DNA from: Luteolibacter sp.
Lineage (GTDB): Bacteria > Verrucomicrobiota > Verrucomicrobiia > Verrucomicrobiales > Akkermansiaceae
Assembly: GCA_043566505.1 (NCBI GenBank)
Contig: CP121322.1
Span: forward strand, 2,194,353-2,226,352
Length of the DNA stretch: 32,000 nucleotides
Direction: 5' to 3'
The translations under genes were made by a program, and so were the position numbers. Below the pieces are notes generated by a model, which saw only the letters and a list, made by a program, of their open reading frames with translations, ran no database searches and was not told where the DNA came from. Of the stretch, positions 1 through 8,102 are shown piece by piece (within the stretch, counting starts at the first letter, position 1; each line of letters opens with the position of its first letter).

Positions 1-275
1 CAGATCGTCCAAAAGACCGGATGCGTCCCGGTGCGATGATGGAGAAGCTGGATGCCGACAAAGATGGTGCGGTTTCATACGATGAGTTCAAAAACACGCC
101 ATGGAACAAGGACAAGTCTGACGAGGAAGTGAAGCGCCGCTTTGAAAGAGCTGATAAGAACAAGGACGGCCAGTTGACCAAAGATGATTTCGCACGCATG
201 CGTGACCGTGAAGGCCGCGATGCCGGCAAGGACGGTGAGCGTCCATCCAAGAAGCCAAACAACAATATCGAGTAA
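1..275 (+). CDS. EF-hand calcium-binding protein, C-terminal part (5' end probably outside the window)
   Basis: The translation has two canonical EF-hand loops (DADKDGAVSYDEF and DKNKDGQLTKDDF). The frame stays open from nt 3 to the window edge. The first ATG is at 21 and the stop TAA is at 273-275. Confidence 0.7.
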   Translation, partial: DRPKDRMRPGAMMEKLDADKDGAVSYDEFKNTPWNKDKSDEEVKRRFERADKNKDGQLTKDDFARMRDREGRDAGKDGERPSKKPNNNIE

Positions 276-295
276 TCCGTCGTTGGGTACTCACG

Positions 296-329
296 AAAAA
301 AGCCACGGTCATGGACCGTGGCTTTTTTG
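296..329. terminator. Bidirectional rho-independent terminator shared by the convergent EF-hand gene and secDF
   Basis: A perfect 10-bp inverted repeat AGCCACGGTC / GACCGTGGCT (301-310 and 314-323) is flanked by an A-run (296-300) and a T-run (324-329). It lies between the stops at 275 (+) and 357 (-). Confidence 0.8.
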
Positions 330-356
330 CAATGAAAGATAAGGTTGAAAGATCGC

Positions 357-2774
357 TTATGGTGCAGTGGCAATCTCTTCTGCTTTGGCTTCTGCTTCCA
401 TGACTTCGTCGCGGATGCTTCGGCCCTTGCTGTTGCTCCACCACAGAACGATGGGAGATGCAATGAAGATCGAGGAGAACGTTCCGACCACAATACCGAT
501 CAGAATGATCAAACCAAAGTCGCGCAGGGCGGCGCCGCCAAAAATGGTGAGGATGACCACAGTGATTAAGGTCGTGCCGGAAGTGATCACGGTTCGTGAG
601 AGGGTGGCGTTGATCGCCTCGTTCATGACTTTCTCGATCGAACCAGTCCGGATCAGCACCAGCTCGCGGATTCGGTCGAAGACGATGATCGTATCGTTGA
701 TCGAATAACCTGCGATGGTGAGGATGGCGCCGACGTGAATCAGCGAGAGTTCGCGTCCCAGAAGAACGATGATGCCCACAGAGATGATGATGTCGTGAAG
801 CATTGCCACAAATCCACCGAGTGCGAATGAGAATTCGAATCGGGCGGTCATGTAGAGCATGATGGCGATCATGCCACACGCCAGTGCGATGATGGACTTC
901 TGCATGAAGGCGCCACCAATGACGGATGAGACCTCCTCTGTGCTGGGAGTGATGGAGCCGAGCTCCTCAGGGAAGCTCGCTTTGAGCTGTTCCGCGATGT
1001 CACCAGCGTCTGCAGTTGCGCAGCGCACCGAGAGCATTAGGCCAGAAGCTGCGTTGCGTTCCTCTTGTGGGTAGGCCTGTTTCTCAAGGTCCAGTTCTGC
1101 GAGGGACGCTTTGATTTTATCCAACGGGATGTCTTTTACGTCACCCAATTGAAAGATCAGGCGAGTTCCGCCAACGAAATCAATTCCGAGAGCTTTTTCA
1201 CGTTTGGTTCCAAATCCAGCAAATGAAGCGGCGATCAGGATGAGGGCGATCACTGCGTAGATCTTGCGCTTGCTGAGGAAGTTGATGGAGGTCGAACTGA
1301 TGACGTTCATGAAGCTGAGCTTCTTGATCAACTTCATATCGGAGCCCCAGTGGAACAGAACTCGGGTGCCGAGAATGGCAGTGAACATCGAGGCACAGAT
1401 GCCGATGATGAGAGTAATCGCGAATCCTTTGATCGCGCCGCTGCCCAAGATGAACAGGATGCTCGCAGTGATGAGCGAGGTGATGTTGGAGTCGAAGATT
1501 GCGCTGAAGGCTTTGTCGTATGCAGCTTGGATCGCATTCCGGATCGATTTCCCTGAGGCGATTTCTTCCCGCATGCGCTCATAGATCAGCACGTTGGCGT
1601 CTACCGCCATACCAATGATCAGCACCATGCCGGCGATGCCAGGAAGCGAGAAGGCGAAGTTGAACATCGCCATGGCTCCGAAGAGGATCACGCCATTGAT
1701 GGTCAGCGCGATGACCGCAACAATGCCGGAGAAGCGGTAGTAGACCAGCATGAACAGATAGGTGAGACCCAATGCGAATGCACCTGCGAAAAGGCCTTGT
1801 GTGACCACCGCTGCGCCGAGTGTGGGTGAAATCAATCGCATCTCTTCAACGATCAGCGGGTTTTCCAGTGGGTTCATCAACTGGTTGGCCAGTGTTTTGA
1901 CTTCGCCGGGTTCGTCGAGGCCGCTGATTTCAAATTGTTTGTAGAGTTTTGCTTGGACGGTCGGGGCGCTGACGACTTCACCGTCGAGGACGATTGCGAT
2001 GCGATCGACTCCGAGATTCATGTTTTGTGTCAGAGCGACCATTTTGTTTCCGCCTTCACCATTGAGGGTGACGGATACAGCATCGCTTCGAGATCCCGAT
2101 GGGAATGCATTGGCGATATCCGAGCCGCCGAGAGCCGAGCGGCGAGTTAGCAGGATGGCGCTTTGGATGTCATTGCCCTCGTCGTCTTTGTAGACGTGCT
2201 CATAGGCCTCGTAGCCTGGAACGATTTCATCATTGCTGAGGACGCGTGCGGCGAGGGATCTGCCATCGTCTCCCGGCTCACCGGAACGCGGGTGAACTTT
2301 TTTGAGTTCTAGCTTGGCGACCTTTTCGAGCTTTTCGCGAATTTCTTCTGACTTTTCAGGTTCGATGCCGGGCATCTGGACAAGGAGCCCATTGGTTCCT
2401 TGTTGCGCGATGAGTAGATCTTGGTTGCCGCCTGGATCGAGGCGTTTTCGAATCACTTCGATGGCTTGATTGATCTGCTCATTGGTGATGGGCATGGGAT
2501 TCCCATTGGCGTCCTCTTTGGCCTGGATGGTGAGAGTGAAGGATGAGCCGCCTACAATATCCACAGCCCCCGTGAGCTTCTCGCTGGGAGGGGTTGCGGC
2601 AATTACGCAAAGGCCCGTGATGATGATGAGAAGGGCAGTGCCGATGTTGCGTTTGCGCTTCTGCAGTTCGGTGGCGAAATACCAGAAGAACAGGATCATC
2701 AGCGATAAGCCTGCGAGGAATTTCACGATGGGATCTTCCATCATTGAATTCAGGGTGTTCCAAATAGCGTCCAT
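357..2774 (-). CDS. secDF: Protein translocase subunit SecDF (fused SecD-SecF)
   Basis: The 805-aa ORF has an N-terminal TM segment, a large periplasmic domain, and two blocks of hydrophobic helices typical of SecD then SecF. It sits last in the classical tgt-yajC-secDF gene order. Confidence 0.93.
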   Translation of the reverse strand: MDAIWNTLNSMMEDPIVKFLAGLSLMILFFWYFATELQKRKRNIGTALLIIITGLCVIAATPPSEKLTGAVDIVGGSSFTLTIQAKEDANGNPMPITNEQINQAIEVIRKRLDPGGNQDLLIAQQGTNGLLVQMPGIEPEKSEEIREKLEKVAKLELKKVHPRSGEPGDDGRSLAARVLSNDEIVPGYEAYEHVYKDDEGNDIQSAILLTRRSALGGSDIANAFPSGSRSDAVSVTLNGEGGNKMVALTQNMNLGVDRIAIVLDGEVVSAPTVQAKLYKQFEISGLDEPGEVKTLANQLMNPLENPLIVEEMRLISPTLGAAVVTQGLFAGAFALGLTYLFMLVYYRFSGIVAVIALTINGVILFGAMAMFNFAFSLPGIAGMVLIIGMAVDANVLIYERMREEIASGKSIRNAIQAAYDKAFSAIFDSNITSLITASILFILGSGAIKGFAITLIIGICASMFTAILGTRVLFHWGSDMKLIKKLSFMNVISSTSINFLSKRKIYAVIALILIAASFAGFGTKREKALGIDFVGGTRLIFQLGDVKDIPLDKIKASLAELDLEKQAYPQEERNAASGLMLSVRCATADAGDIAEQLKASFPEELGSITPSTEEVSSVIGGAFMQKSIIALACGMIAIMLYMTARFEFSFALGGFVAMLHDIIISVGIIVLLGRELSLIHVGAILTIAGYSINDTIIVFDRIRELVLIRTGSIEKVMNEAINATLSRTVITSGTTLITVVILTIFGGAALRDFGLIILIGIVVGTFSSIFIASPIVLWWSNSKGRSIRDEVMEAEAKAEEIATAP

Positions 2775-2834
2775 GGTTTTATCAGAGAATGGGTGACAAT
2801 GGCGTCGGGCTGGGTTTTTGCCTAACAGCGAAGC

Positions 2835-3173
2835 TTACTTCGAGTCGCTGTCTTTTTTCGTGTCTTTTTTGTTCACCGTGGCGACGGCCAATTTGTCGAA
2901 CTCGATCATGGTGCCTTCAGCGACCTTGAGGATCACCGTTTTGTCTTTCACGTTATGAACAATGCCGTAGATGCCGGCGCTGGTGACCACTTTATCGCCG
3001 TTTTCAAGAGCTTCGATGCGAGCCTGTTGTTCCTTGCGTTGTTTTTGCTGTGGGCGGATGAGGAGGAAGTAGAACATCACGATCATGAGACCAATCATGA
3101 TGACGGGGCTACCGAAAAGGCCTGTTGGTGCGCTTGGCGTGGTTTCTGCGAGAATGGTGAGTAGGGTGGTCAT
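2835..3173 (-). CDS. yajC: Preprotein translocase subunit YajC
   Basis: The 112-aa protein has a single N-terminal TM followed by a YajC-like region (RPQQKQRKEQQARIEALENGDKVVTSAGIYG). Its start overlaps the tgt stop (ATGA at 3170-3173). Confidence 0.9.
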   Translation of the reverse strand: MTTLLTILAETTPSAPTGLFGSPVIMIGLMIVMFYFLLIRPQQKQRKEQQARIEALENGDKVVTSAGIYGIVHNVKDKTVILKVAEGTMIEFDKLAVATVNKKDTKKDSDSK

Positions 3174-4303
3174 GATTCGTTGGTTCTGTTGTATCTAGAA
3201 ATGAAAGCGTTTTTGTATTCTGTGAAGGTGCCATTGGCAATGGCTTCCCGAGCCCCGGCAACGAGGGATAGGTAGAAATGCAGATTGTGGAAGGAAAGCA
3301 ACCGCAAAGCGAGGATTTCGCCCGCTCTGAACAGGTGTCGGATATAGGATCTGGAGAATCGGGCGACGTGAGGGTGGGCGGATTCGCAGATTGGGCCGGT
3401 GTCCTCGGCGAAGATCAGGTTCTTGATGAGGATGGGGCCATCGAGGGTAAAGGCGGTTCCGTGGCGGGCGATCCGGGTCGGCATGACGCAATCAAACATG
3501 TCGACGCCGCGGCCGATCATCTCGAGAATTTGGGGCGGCGTGCCCAGTCCCATGGCATACCGGGGTTTGTTTTCGGGCAGAAATGGCACCGCATTTTCGA
3601 TGGCGCGGAACATTTCTTCCTCGGGTTCGCCGACGGAGACGCCGCCGACGGCATAGCCGTCAAAATCCAGTTCGACGAGTTCCCTGGCCGATTGCTCGCG
3701 GAGGTCGGCGTAGATGGATCCTTGAACGATGCCAAAGTGGTGTTGTCGGCCCGAGCCCGATTTCGGTTCGTTTTCCACGATCCAATCTTTGCAGCGCTTG
3801 GCCCAGCGGGTGGTGAGGCCGAGGGATTCCGCGGCGTATTTCTCATCGCAGGGGTAGGGCGGGCACTCGTCGAAGAGCATCGCGATGTCGGATCCAAGGG
3901 CTCCCTGGATTTCCATGCTGAGCTCGGGGGTGAGCATCATTTTTGAGCCATCGAGGTGGTTTTGGAAGCGGACGCCCTCCTCGGTGATCTTGCGGAGCTT
4001 GGCGAGCGACCAGACTTGGAAGCCCCCGGAGTCGGTAAGAATCGGTTTGTCCCAGGTGGTAAAACCGTGGAGCCCACCCATTTTCTGGATCAACTCGTGG
4101 CCCGGGCGGAGCCAGAGGTGGTAGGTGTTGCCGAGGATGATCTGCGATCCCAGCTCGACGAGTTCGTCGGGGTGCAGGGTTTTCACGGACCCTTGGGTGC
4201 CGACGGGCATGAAAATCGGAGTTTCCACCGTGCCATGAGGGAGCTCGAGTCGGCCTTGGCGGGCGGAGCTATTGGGATCGGTGGCGAGTAGGGTGAAGGA
4301 CAC
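3170..4303 (-). CDS. tgt: Queuine tRNA-ribosyltransferase (tRNA-guanine transglycosylase)
   Basis: The 377-aa protein is Tgt-like along its full length: FMPVGTQGSVK, LGNTYHL, TDSGGFQV, FDEC, GGVSVGE, VDMFDCVMPTR, SRSYIRHL. The zinc-motif position is atypical (see findings). Confidence 0.93.
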   Translation of the reverse strand: MSFTLLATDPNSSARQGRLELPHGTVETPIFMPVGTQGSVKTLHPDELVELGSQIILGNTYHLWLRPGHELIQKMGGLHGFTTWDKPILTDSGGFQVWSLAKLRKITEEGVRFQNHLDGSKMMLTPELSMEIQGALGSDIAMLFDECPPYPCDEKYAAESLGLTTRWAKRCKDWIVENEPKSGSGRQHHFGIVQGSIYADLREQSARELVELDFDGYAVGGVSVGEPEEEMFRAIENAVPFLPENKPRYAMGLGTPPQILEMIGRGVDMFDCVMPTRIARHGTAFTLDGPILIKNLIFAEDTGPICESAHPHVARFSRSYIRHLFRAGEILALRLLSFHNLHFYLSLVAGAREAIANGTFTEYKNAFISRYNRTNES

Positions 4304-4323
4304 GGGGGGATGCTGCGCATCCG

Positions 4324-4357
4324 GTCGAAAGTCTTAAAGTCAAAAGTCGAAGGTCTT
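4324..4357. promoter_or_regulatory. Direct repeat GTCGAAAGTCTT / GTCGAAGGTCTT in the divergent tgt-tilS intergenic region (possible regulator site)
   Basis: Two 12-mers, 11/12 identical, sit at 4324-4335 and 4346-4357. They are offset by 22 bp and lie between the divergent starts at 4303 (-) and 4428/4443 (+). Confidence 0.2.
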
Positions 4358-4427
4358 GATGTGCCGCCTACGGCGGACGAATGGATTGGGGATTGAAGAT
4401 CCTTGATGGAACGAGGAGAGTGCGGGG

Positions 4428-5375
4428 GTGGAGATTTCATGGATGCAGACGGCTTCGAAGCGCAGGCGATACCTTGTTGGGGTGTCGGGTGGGGCGGATT
4501 CGGTGGCGATGTTGCATTTGTTGGTGGAGGCGGGTTTCCAGAATCTGGTGGTTTGCCATTTGAATCATCAACTTCGCGGGCGCCCATCTTCTGCTGATGC
4601 CAAGTTTGTTGAGAAGCTCGCGAAGCAGCTGAGCTTGCCGGTTGAGGTCGACAGGGCGGATGTGAAGCGGCGGATGAAGGATGAGGGGGAGTCGATGGAG
4701 ACTGCGGCACGGCATGCGCGGCATGAGTTTTTTGCCGACTGCGCCAAGCGTCATCGATGTGCACGACTGTTGTTGGCGCATCATGCGGATGATCAGGCTG
4801 AGACGATTCTTTGGAACTTGTTGCGAGGTTCGCATGGCTTGCGCGGGATGGCGGCAACGCAGGAGATGGTGGTGGGGAAGAAAACTTTAGAGATTCAGCG
4901 TCCCTTGTTAGAATTAAGGCGTGCGCAGCTAGTCGGGTGGTTGGAGAGCCGCGGATTGCCATGGCACGAAGATGAGACCAATGCTGACGCGGTGGCGGTT
5001 CGGAATCGATTGCGCAACGAGGCAATTCCTCTGCTCAATGAAATTTCAGGGCGCGACACGGTGGCTGCTTTGGTGCAGTTGGAGCAGGATTTCGCCGAGT
5101 GGAGAGGCGCGCAGAATCAGATGGTGGAGGATCTTCATGTGATCGATCCGCAAGGGCGCCTGCATGTGCCTGTGGTGAGAAAGCTGTCCGAAAGTTTGCA
5201 GAGGGTGGCGATTCGGAATTACTTAACAGACCAAGGGGTAGGTGCGGTGAGCAGGGCGGTGTTGGAACAAGCAGTATCGATGTTGGACACGGCAAACCCT
5301 GCTGCGGTCAATTTGCCGGGGGCGGATGTCCTGCGACGCAGGGCGGGGAGAATGTTTGTGGATCGGGCGTTATGA
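4428..5375 (+). CDS. tilS: tRNA(Ile)-lysidine synthase
   Basis: The N-terminal PP-loop VGVSGGADS is followed by TilS-like HHADDQAETILWNLLRG. This is a short form (about 310 aa) lacking the long C-terminal domain. The start is either GTG at 4428 or ATG at 4443; both have a GGAG about 9 nt upstream. Confidence 0.88.
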   Translation: MEISWMQTASKRRRYLVGVSGGADSVAMLHLLVEAGFQNLVVCHLNHQLRGRPSSADAKFVEKLAKQLSLPVEVDRADVKRRMKDEGESMETAARHARHEFFADCAKRHRCARLLLAHHADDQAETILWNLLRGSHGLRGMAATQEMVVGKKTLEIQRPLLELRRAQLVGWLESRGLPWHEDETNADAVAVRNRLRNEAIPLLNEISGRDTVAALVQLEQDFAEWRGAQNQMVEDLHVIDPQGRLHVPVVRKLSESLQRVAIRNYLTDQGVGAVSRAVLEQAVSMLDTANPAAVNLPGADVLRRRAGRMFVDRAL

Positions 5376-6142
5376 ATGTTCGGACTTATCATAAGCTCTG
5401 CATGAGCGGGGTTGTCGGGTTTGTTTTTGTGGGTCTTGGTATCTTTGGAGGCGAGAATGCCTTTTTCGCCGTGGTGTCGGTGTTGGGTCTATTTTGGGTG
5501 ATTGGATTGGGAGTGATGGGCGCGGTGACGGCGATCATGATGATGAGAGGGAAACTCAAAATGGGGTGCCCAAAATGTGAACGGATGAGTCGTGTTGATC
5601 AGAGCGGCAGGGCGGAGATGACGATTGAGTGCAAAAAATGCGGGCCGTTGATTTGGGAAATTGCCTTCAGTCGACTGATTGTCATGACGCCAGAGCAACT
5701 GAAAGAGAGGTCTCAGCGCAGGGCGAAATTGCGGAGGAAGAAAAAAGTCCGAACGGGATCACCTTTGAAGGCTCCACTATGGTATCCGAAGTCATTTGCG
5801 GTGATCTTTGCTCCTGTGCTGGTCTCGGTTGTGGCGGCCTCGTGGATCCACCAATTCAGCTTCTTCTACATCATCATTCCCGGCTTCTGGTGTTATGGTG
5901 TGGGCTCATTCTCGCTTCACTCGTTGATGAGCGGGGAGGTGAGTATGAATGGCAGAGACATCATGCGTAGTGAGAGCCCTATCGCGTTCTGGCTATCGAT
6001 GATTCCATGGATTCCATTCTACGCCTTCGCCTTGGTTTTCCCTGTTGGATTTGCGCTGCAAGAGAGTGGCAAGTCGCTCGATGACCTTTTCTCCAAACCC
6101 ATTGAACGGTATGAGGAAGTCCCCGAGTTTGATGTTAGGTGA
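5372..6142 (+). CDS. Hypothetical multi-pass membrane protein with an internal CxxC...CxxC zinc-ribbon
   Basis: The ATG at 5372 overlaps the tilS stop (ATGA at 5372-5375). Two N-terminal TM helices are followed by CPKCERMS..(17 aa)..CKKCGP, a basic stretch (RRAKLRRKKKVR), and at least 4 more TM helices. The 273-nt upstream part of ORF 5099..6142 overlaps tilS and is not credited. Confidence 0.6.
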   Translation: MNVRTYHKLCMSGVVGFVFVGLGIFGGENAFFAVVSVLGLFWVIGLGVMGAVTAIMMMRGKLKMGCPKCERMSRVDQSGRAEMTIECKKCGPLIWEIAFSRLIVMTPEQLKERSQRRAKLRRKKKVRTGSPLKAPLWYPKSFAVIFAPVLVSVVAASWIHQFSFFYIIIPGFWCYGVGSFSLHSLMSGEVSMNGRDIMRSESPIAFWLSMIPWIPFYAFALVFPVGFALQESGKSLDDLFSKPIERYEEVPEFDVR

Positions 6143-6145
6143 GCA

Positions 6146-7036
6146 TCATTGCAGCCAAACGGACTTCAAGTATGGGTCGTCGGTGAAATCGGCGGGCATT
6201 TCGGAGTGGGTGGCCGACATTTTTCTGGGAAGCGCGCTGAGCAGTTGTTGTTCAAAATCGCGCGGGGTCATTTTGCGGAAATTGGTGCAGCAAAGCATCC
6301 AGCCGTCGGGGGCGAGGCATTTGGATGCCAGAGCGGCAAGTTCGCCAAAGTGTTCTTCGACGCGAAAGACTTTGCCTTTGTCGTCGCGTGAGAAGGTCGG
6401 CGGGTCGAGCACGATGGCATCAAAGGTGCGGCCTTGTTTGGCAAAGCGTTTGAGCCAGTGAAAGGTATCGCCTTTGCAGAAGTAATGGTCATCAGGGTTG
6501 ATGCCATTGTGGCTCAGATTGCGCTTGGCCCAATCGAGGTAGGGTTGTGAGAGATCGAGCGTGGTGGTCTCTGCCCCAGCCATGGCGGCCGATACTGAAA
6601 AGGCCCCAGTGTAGGCAAAGGTGTTGAGCAATCGTTGGCCCGGTTGGATTCTTTTGCGGACTTCTGCGCGGTTGTCGCGTTGATCGAGGAAGATGCCTTG
6701 GGAGTATCCGGACTGGAATGAGATCTCGTAGTTGATGCCATTTTCTTTGGCGAGAAATGGTTCGTTCACCTCTGGGCCGGAGAGGTGGTGGGGAGATTCT
6801 TTTTGGTGTTGGTCGAGCTGTTTCCAGTAGCAGCTGTTGGGTTGGCCGCGCAGCCATTGGCGGACCGCTTGAGGGAGGTCGTGGGTGGTGGTGGAGACGA
6901 GCCAGTGGTCGGCGAAGGTTTCCAATATCACGTTAGGGATGCCGTCGCCGTCGGCATCGACCAGGCGCAGCGCATTGGTTTCAGGCCTTAGAATCTCGTG
7001 GCGTTTTTTGAGCGCTTGTTGGAGGGCTTGTAGCAT
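6146..7036 (-). CDS. Class I SAM-dependent methyltransferase, RlmI/YccW-like (no PUA domain)
   Basis: The 296-aa protein has FAYTGAFSV (SAM motif I-like), DAIVLDPPTFSR (motif IV) and MLCCTN. This matches the RlmI-type rRNA m5C methyltransferase catalytic domain. Confidence 0.75.
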   Translation of the reverse strand: MLQALQQALKKRHEILRPETNALRLVDADGDGIPNVILETFADHWLVSTTTHDLPQAVRQWLRGQPNSCYWKQLDQHQKESPHHLSGPEVNEPFLAKENGINYEISFQSGYSQGIFLDQRDNRAEVRKRIQPGQRLLNTFAYTGAFSVSAAMAGAETTTLDLSQPYLDWAKRNLSHNGINPDDHYFCKGDTFHWLKRFAKQGRTFDAIVLDPPTFSRDDKGKVFRVEEHFGELAALASKCLAPDGWMLCCTNFRKMTPRDFEQQLLSALPRKMSATHSEMPADFTDDPYLKSVWLQ

Positions 7037-7086
7037 CTGGCTTCACTCTATTCGGTCATCATTCTGACTGCAAGGTTGCCTGTCAT

Positions 7087-7114
7087 TTGACGTCTTGGGG
7101 AATGTGGTTATGCT
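7087..7114 (+). promoter_or_regulatory. Putative sigma70-type promoter of the dienelactone hydrolase gene
   Basis: TTGACG (7087-7092), a 16-nt spacer, then TATGCT (7109-7114). The -10 element ends only 8 nt before the ATG at 7123. Confidence 0.3.
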
Positions 7115-7122
7115 AGCGCATC

Positions 7123-7908
7123 ATGAAATCACTGACCGCGCTTTTCATCTCATTTGCCTCCGTTGTTTCCGTTTCTCATGCCGAGGTGGTGGAGAGAGAG
7201 GTCGATTACAAAGATGGCGAGGCCGTTTTTGAAGGGTTTCACGCCTATGACTCAGCGGTCGAGGGCAAGCGTCCTGCCGTGTTGGTGGTGCATCAGTGGA
7301 CGGGTTTGAGTGATTACGAAAAGCGTCGGTCTCGTGAGTTGGCCAAGCTGGGCTACAACGTATTTGCTCTCGATATTTATGGCAAAGGGGTTCGTCCGCC
7401 AGCTCCCAAGGCATCTGGAGCTGAAGCCGGTAAATACAAGGGCGACCGCGAATTGTTCCGCAAGCGGCTCGAGCTAGGATTGAATGTGCTACTTCAAGAT
7501 GAGCGGACCGACACCAAGAAGGTCGCGGCGATTGGTTATTGTTTTGGAGGAACGGGGGCCTTGGAGGTCGCTCGCATGCAGGCACCGGTTCTTGGTGTGG
7601 TTTCGTTCCATGGAGGGCTAGCACCAGCGGAGGGATTTGAGGCCAAAGAGGGCAAGAAGCTACCCAAGATCTTGGTCCTGCACGGTGCGGCCGATCCCTA
7701 TTCGCCGATGTCCGATGTTGAGGGGATGCGCAAGGAAATGGAGCAAGCGGGTGCGGATTATCAGCTCGTGCTTTACGGGCCAAATGTCGTTCACAGTTTC
7801 ACTCAGCCTCATGCCGGCAACGATCCATCCAAGGGTGCTGCGTATGATGAAGTTGCCGATCGTCGGTCATGGACCGCGATGAAGGCATTCTTTGATGAGC
7901 TTTTTTGA
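7123..7908 (+). CDS. Secreted dienelactone hydrolase family protein
   Basis: It has a signal peptide (MKSLTALFISFASVVSVSHA), DLH-like VVHQWTGL, the nucleophile motif IGYCFGG, then HGAADP and VVHSF. Confidence 0.88.
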   Translation: MKSLTALFISFASVVSVSHAEVVEREVDYKDGEAVFEGFHAYDSAVEGKRPAVLVVHQWTGLSDYEKRRSRELAKLGYNVFALDIYGKGVRPPAPKASGAEAGKYKGDRELFRKRLELGLNVLLQDERTDTKKVAAIGYCFGGTGALEVARMQAPVLGVVSFHGGLAPAEGFEAKEGKKLPKILVLHGAADPYSPMSDVEGMRKEMEQAGADYQLVLYGPNVVHSFTQPHAGNDPSKGAAYDEVADRRSWTAMKAFFDELF

Positions 7909-7915
7909 TGAGCTT
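7890..7915 (+). repeat. 13-bp tandem duplication spanning the hydrolase stop codon
   Basis: CTTTGATGAGCTT (7890-7902) is followed directly by TTTTGATGAGCTT (7903-7915), 12/13 identical. FFDEL is encoded twice, in two different frames. Confidence 0.85.
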
Positions 7916-8102
7916 CGCCGCCGAGATGAGGAGGCCTGTATTCATGGTAAGCCATTGATTCTCATCAATTATCGACGTCCGCCGCATGCGGATTTGGGTC
8001 AATCACGGCTGGAGTTTGTGATCGTGATCCGCAAAGAGCTGCATCTATGTGCATTTGAGTATTGCGGAATATAGCCCAAAACGCATTCTTTGAAAAATCG
8101 TC

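Noticed and set aside
3278-3946. 222-aa plus-strand ORF inside tgt
   Set aside because: It is antisense to a full-length, motif-rich tgt and has no recognisable motifs. This is a shadow ORF. The same reasoning applies to 3195..3491, 3517..3897 and 3956..4291.
4183-5025. 280-aa Pro/Ser/Ala-rich ORF on the minus strand
   Set aside because: It lies antisense to tilS and overlaps the tgt 5' end. Its composition is low-complexity and typical of shadow ORFs opposite GC-rich genes. tilS on the other strand has clear family motifs.
5099-5371. N-terminal 91-aa extension of ORF 5099..6142
   Set aside because: It lies wholly inside tilS in another frame and is Gly/Arg-rich. The ATG at 5372 forms an ATGA overlap with the tilS stop and starts directly at the first TM helix.
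7892-8074. 60-aa ORF after the hydrolase gene
   Set aside because: It starts at a TTG inside the 13-bp duplication and has no motif. It is best explained as the out-of-frame continuation created or left by the duplication, not as an independent gene.
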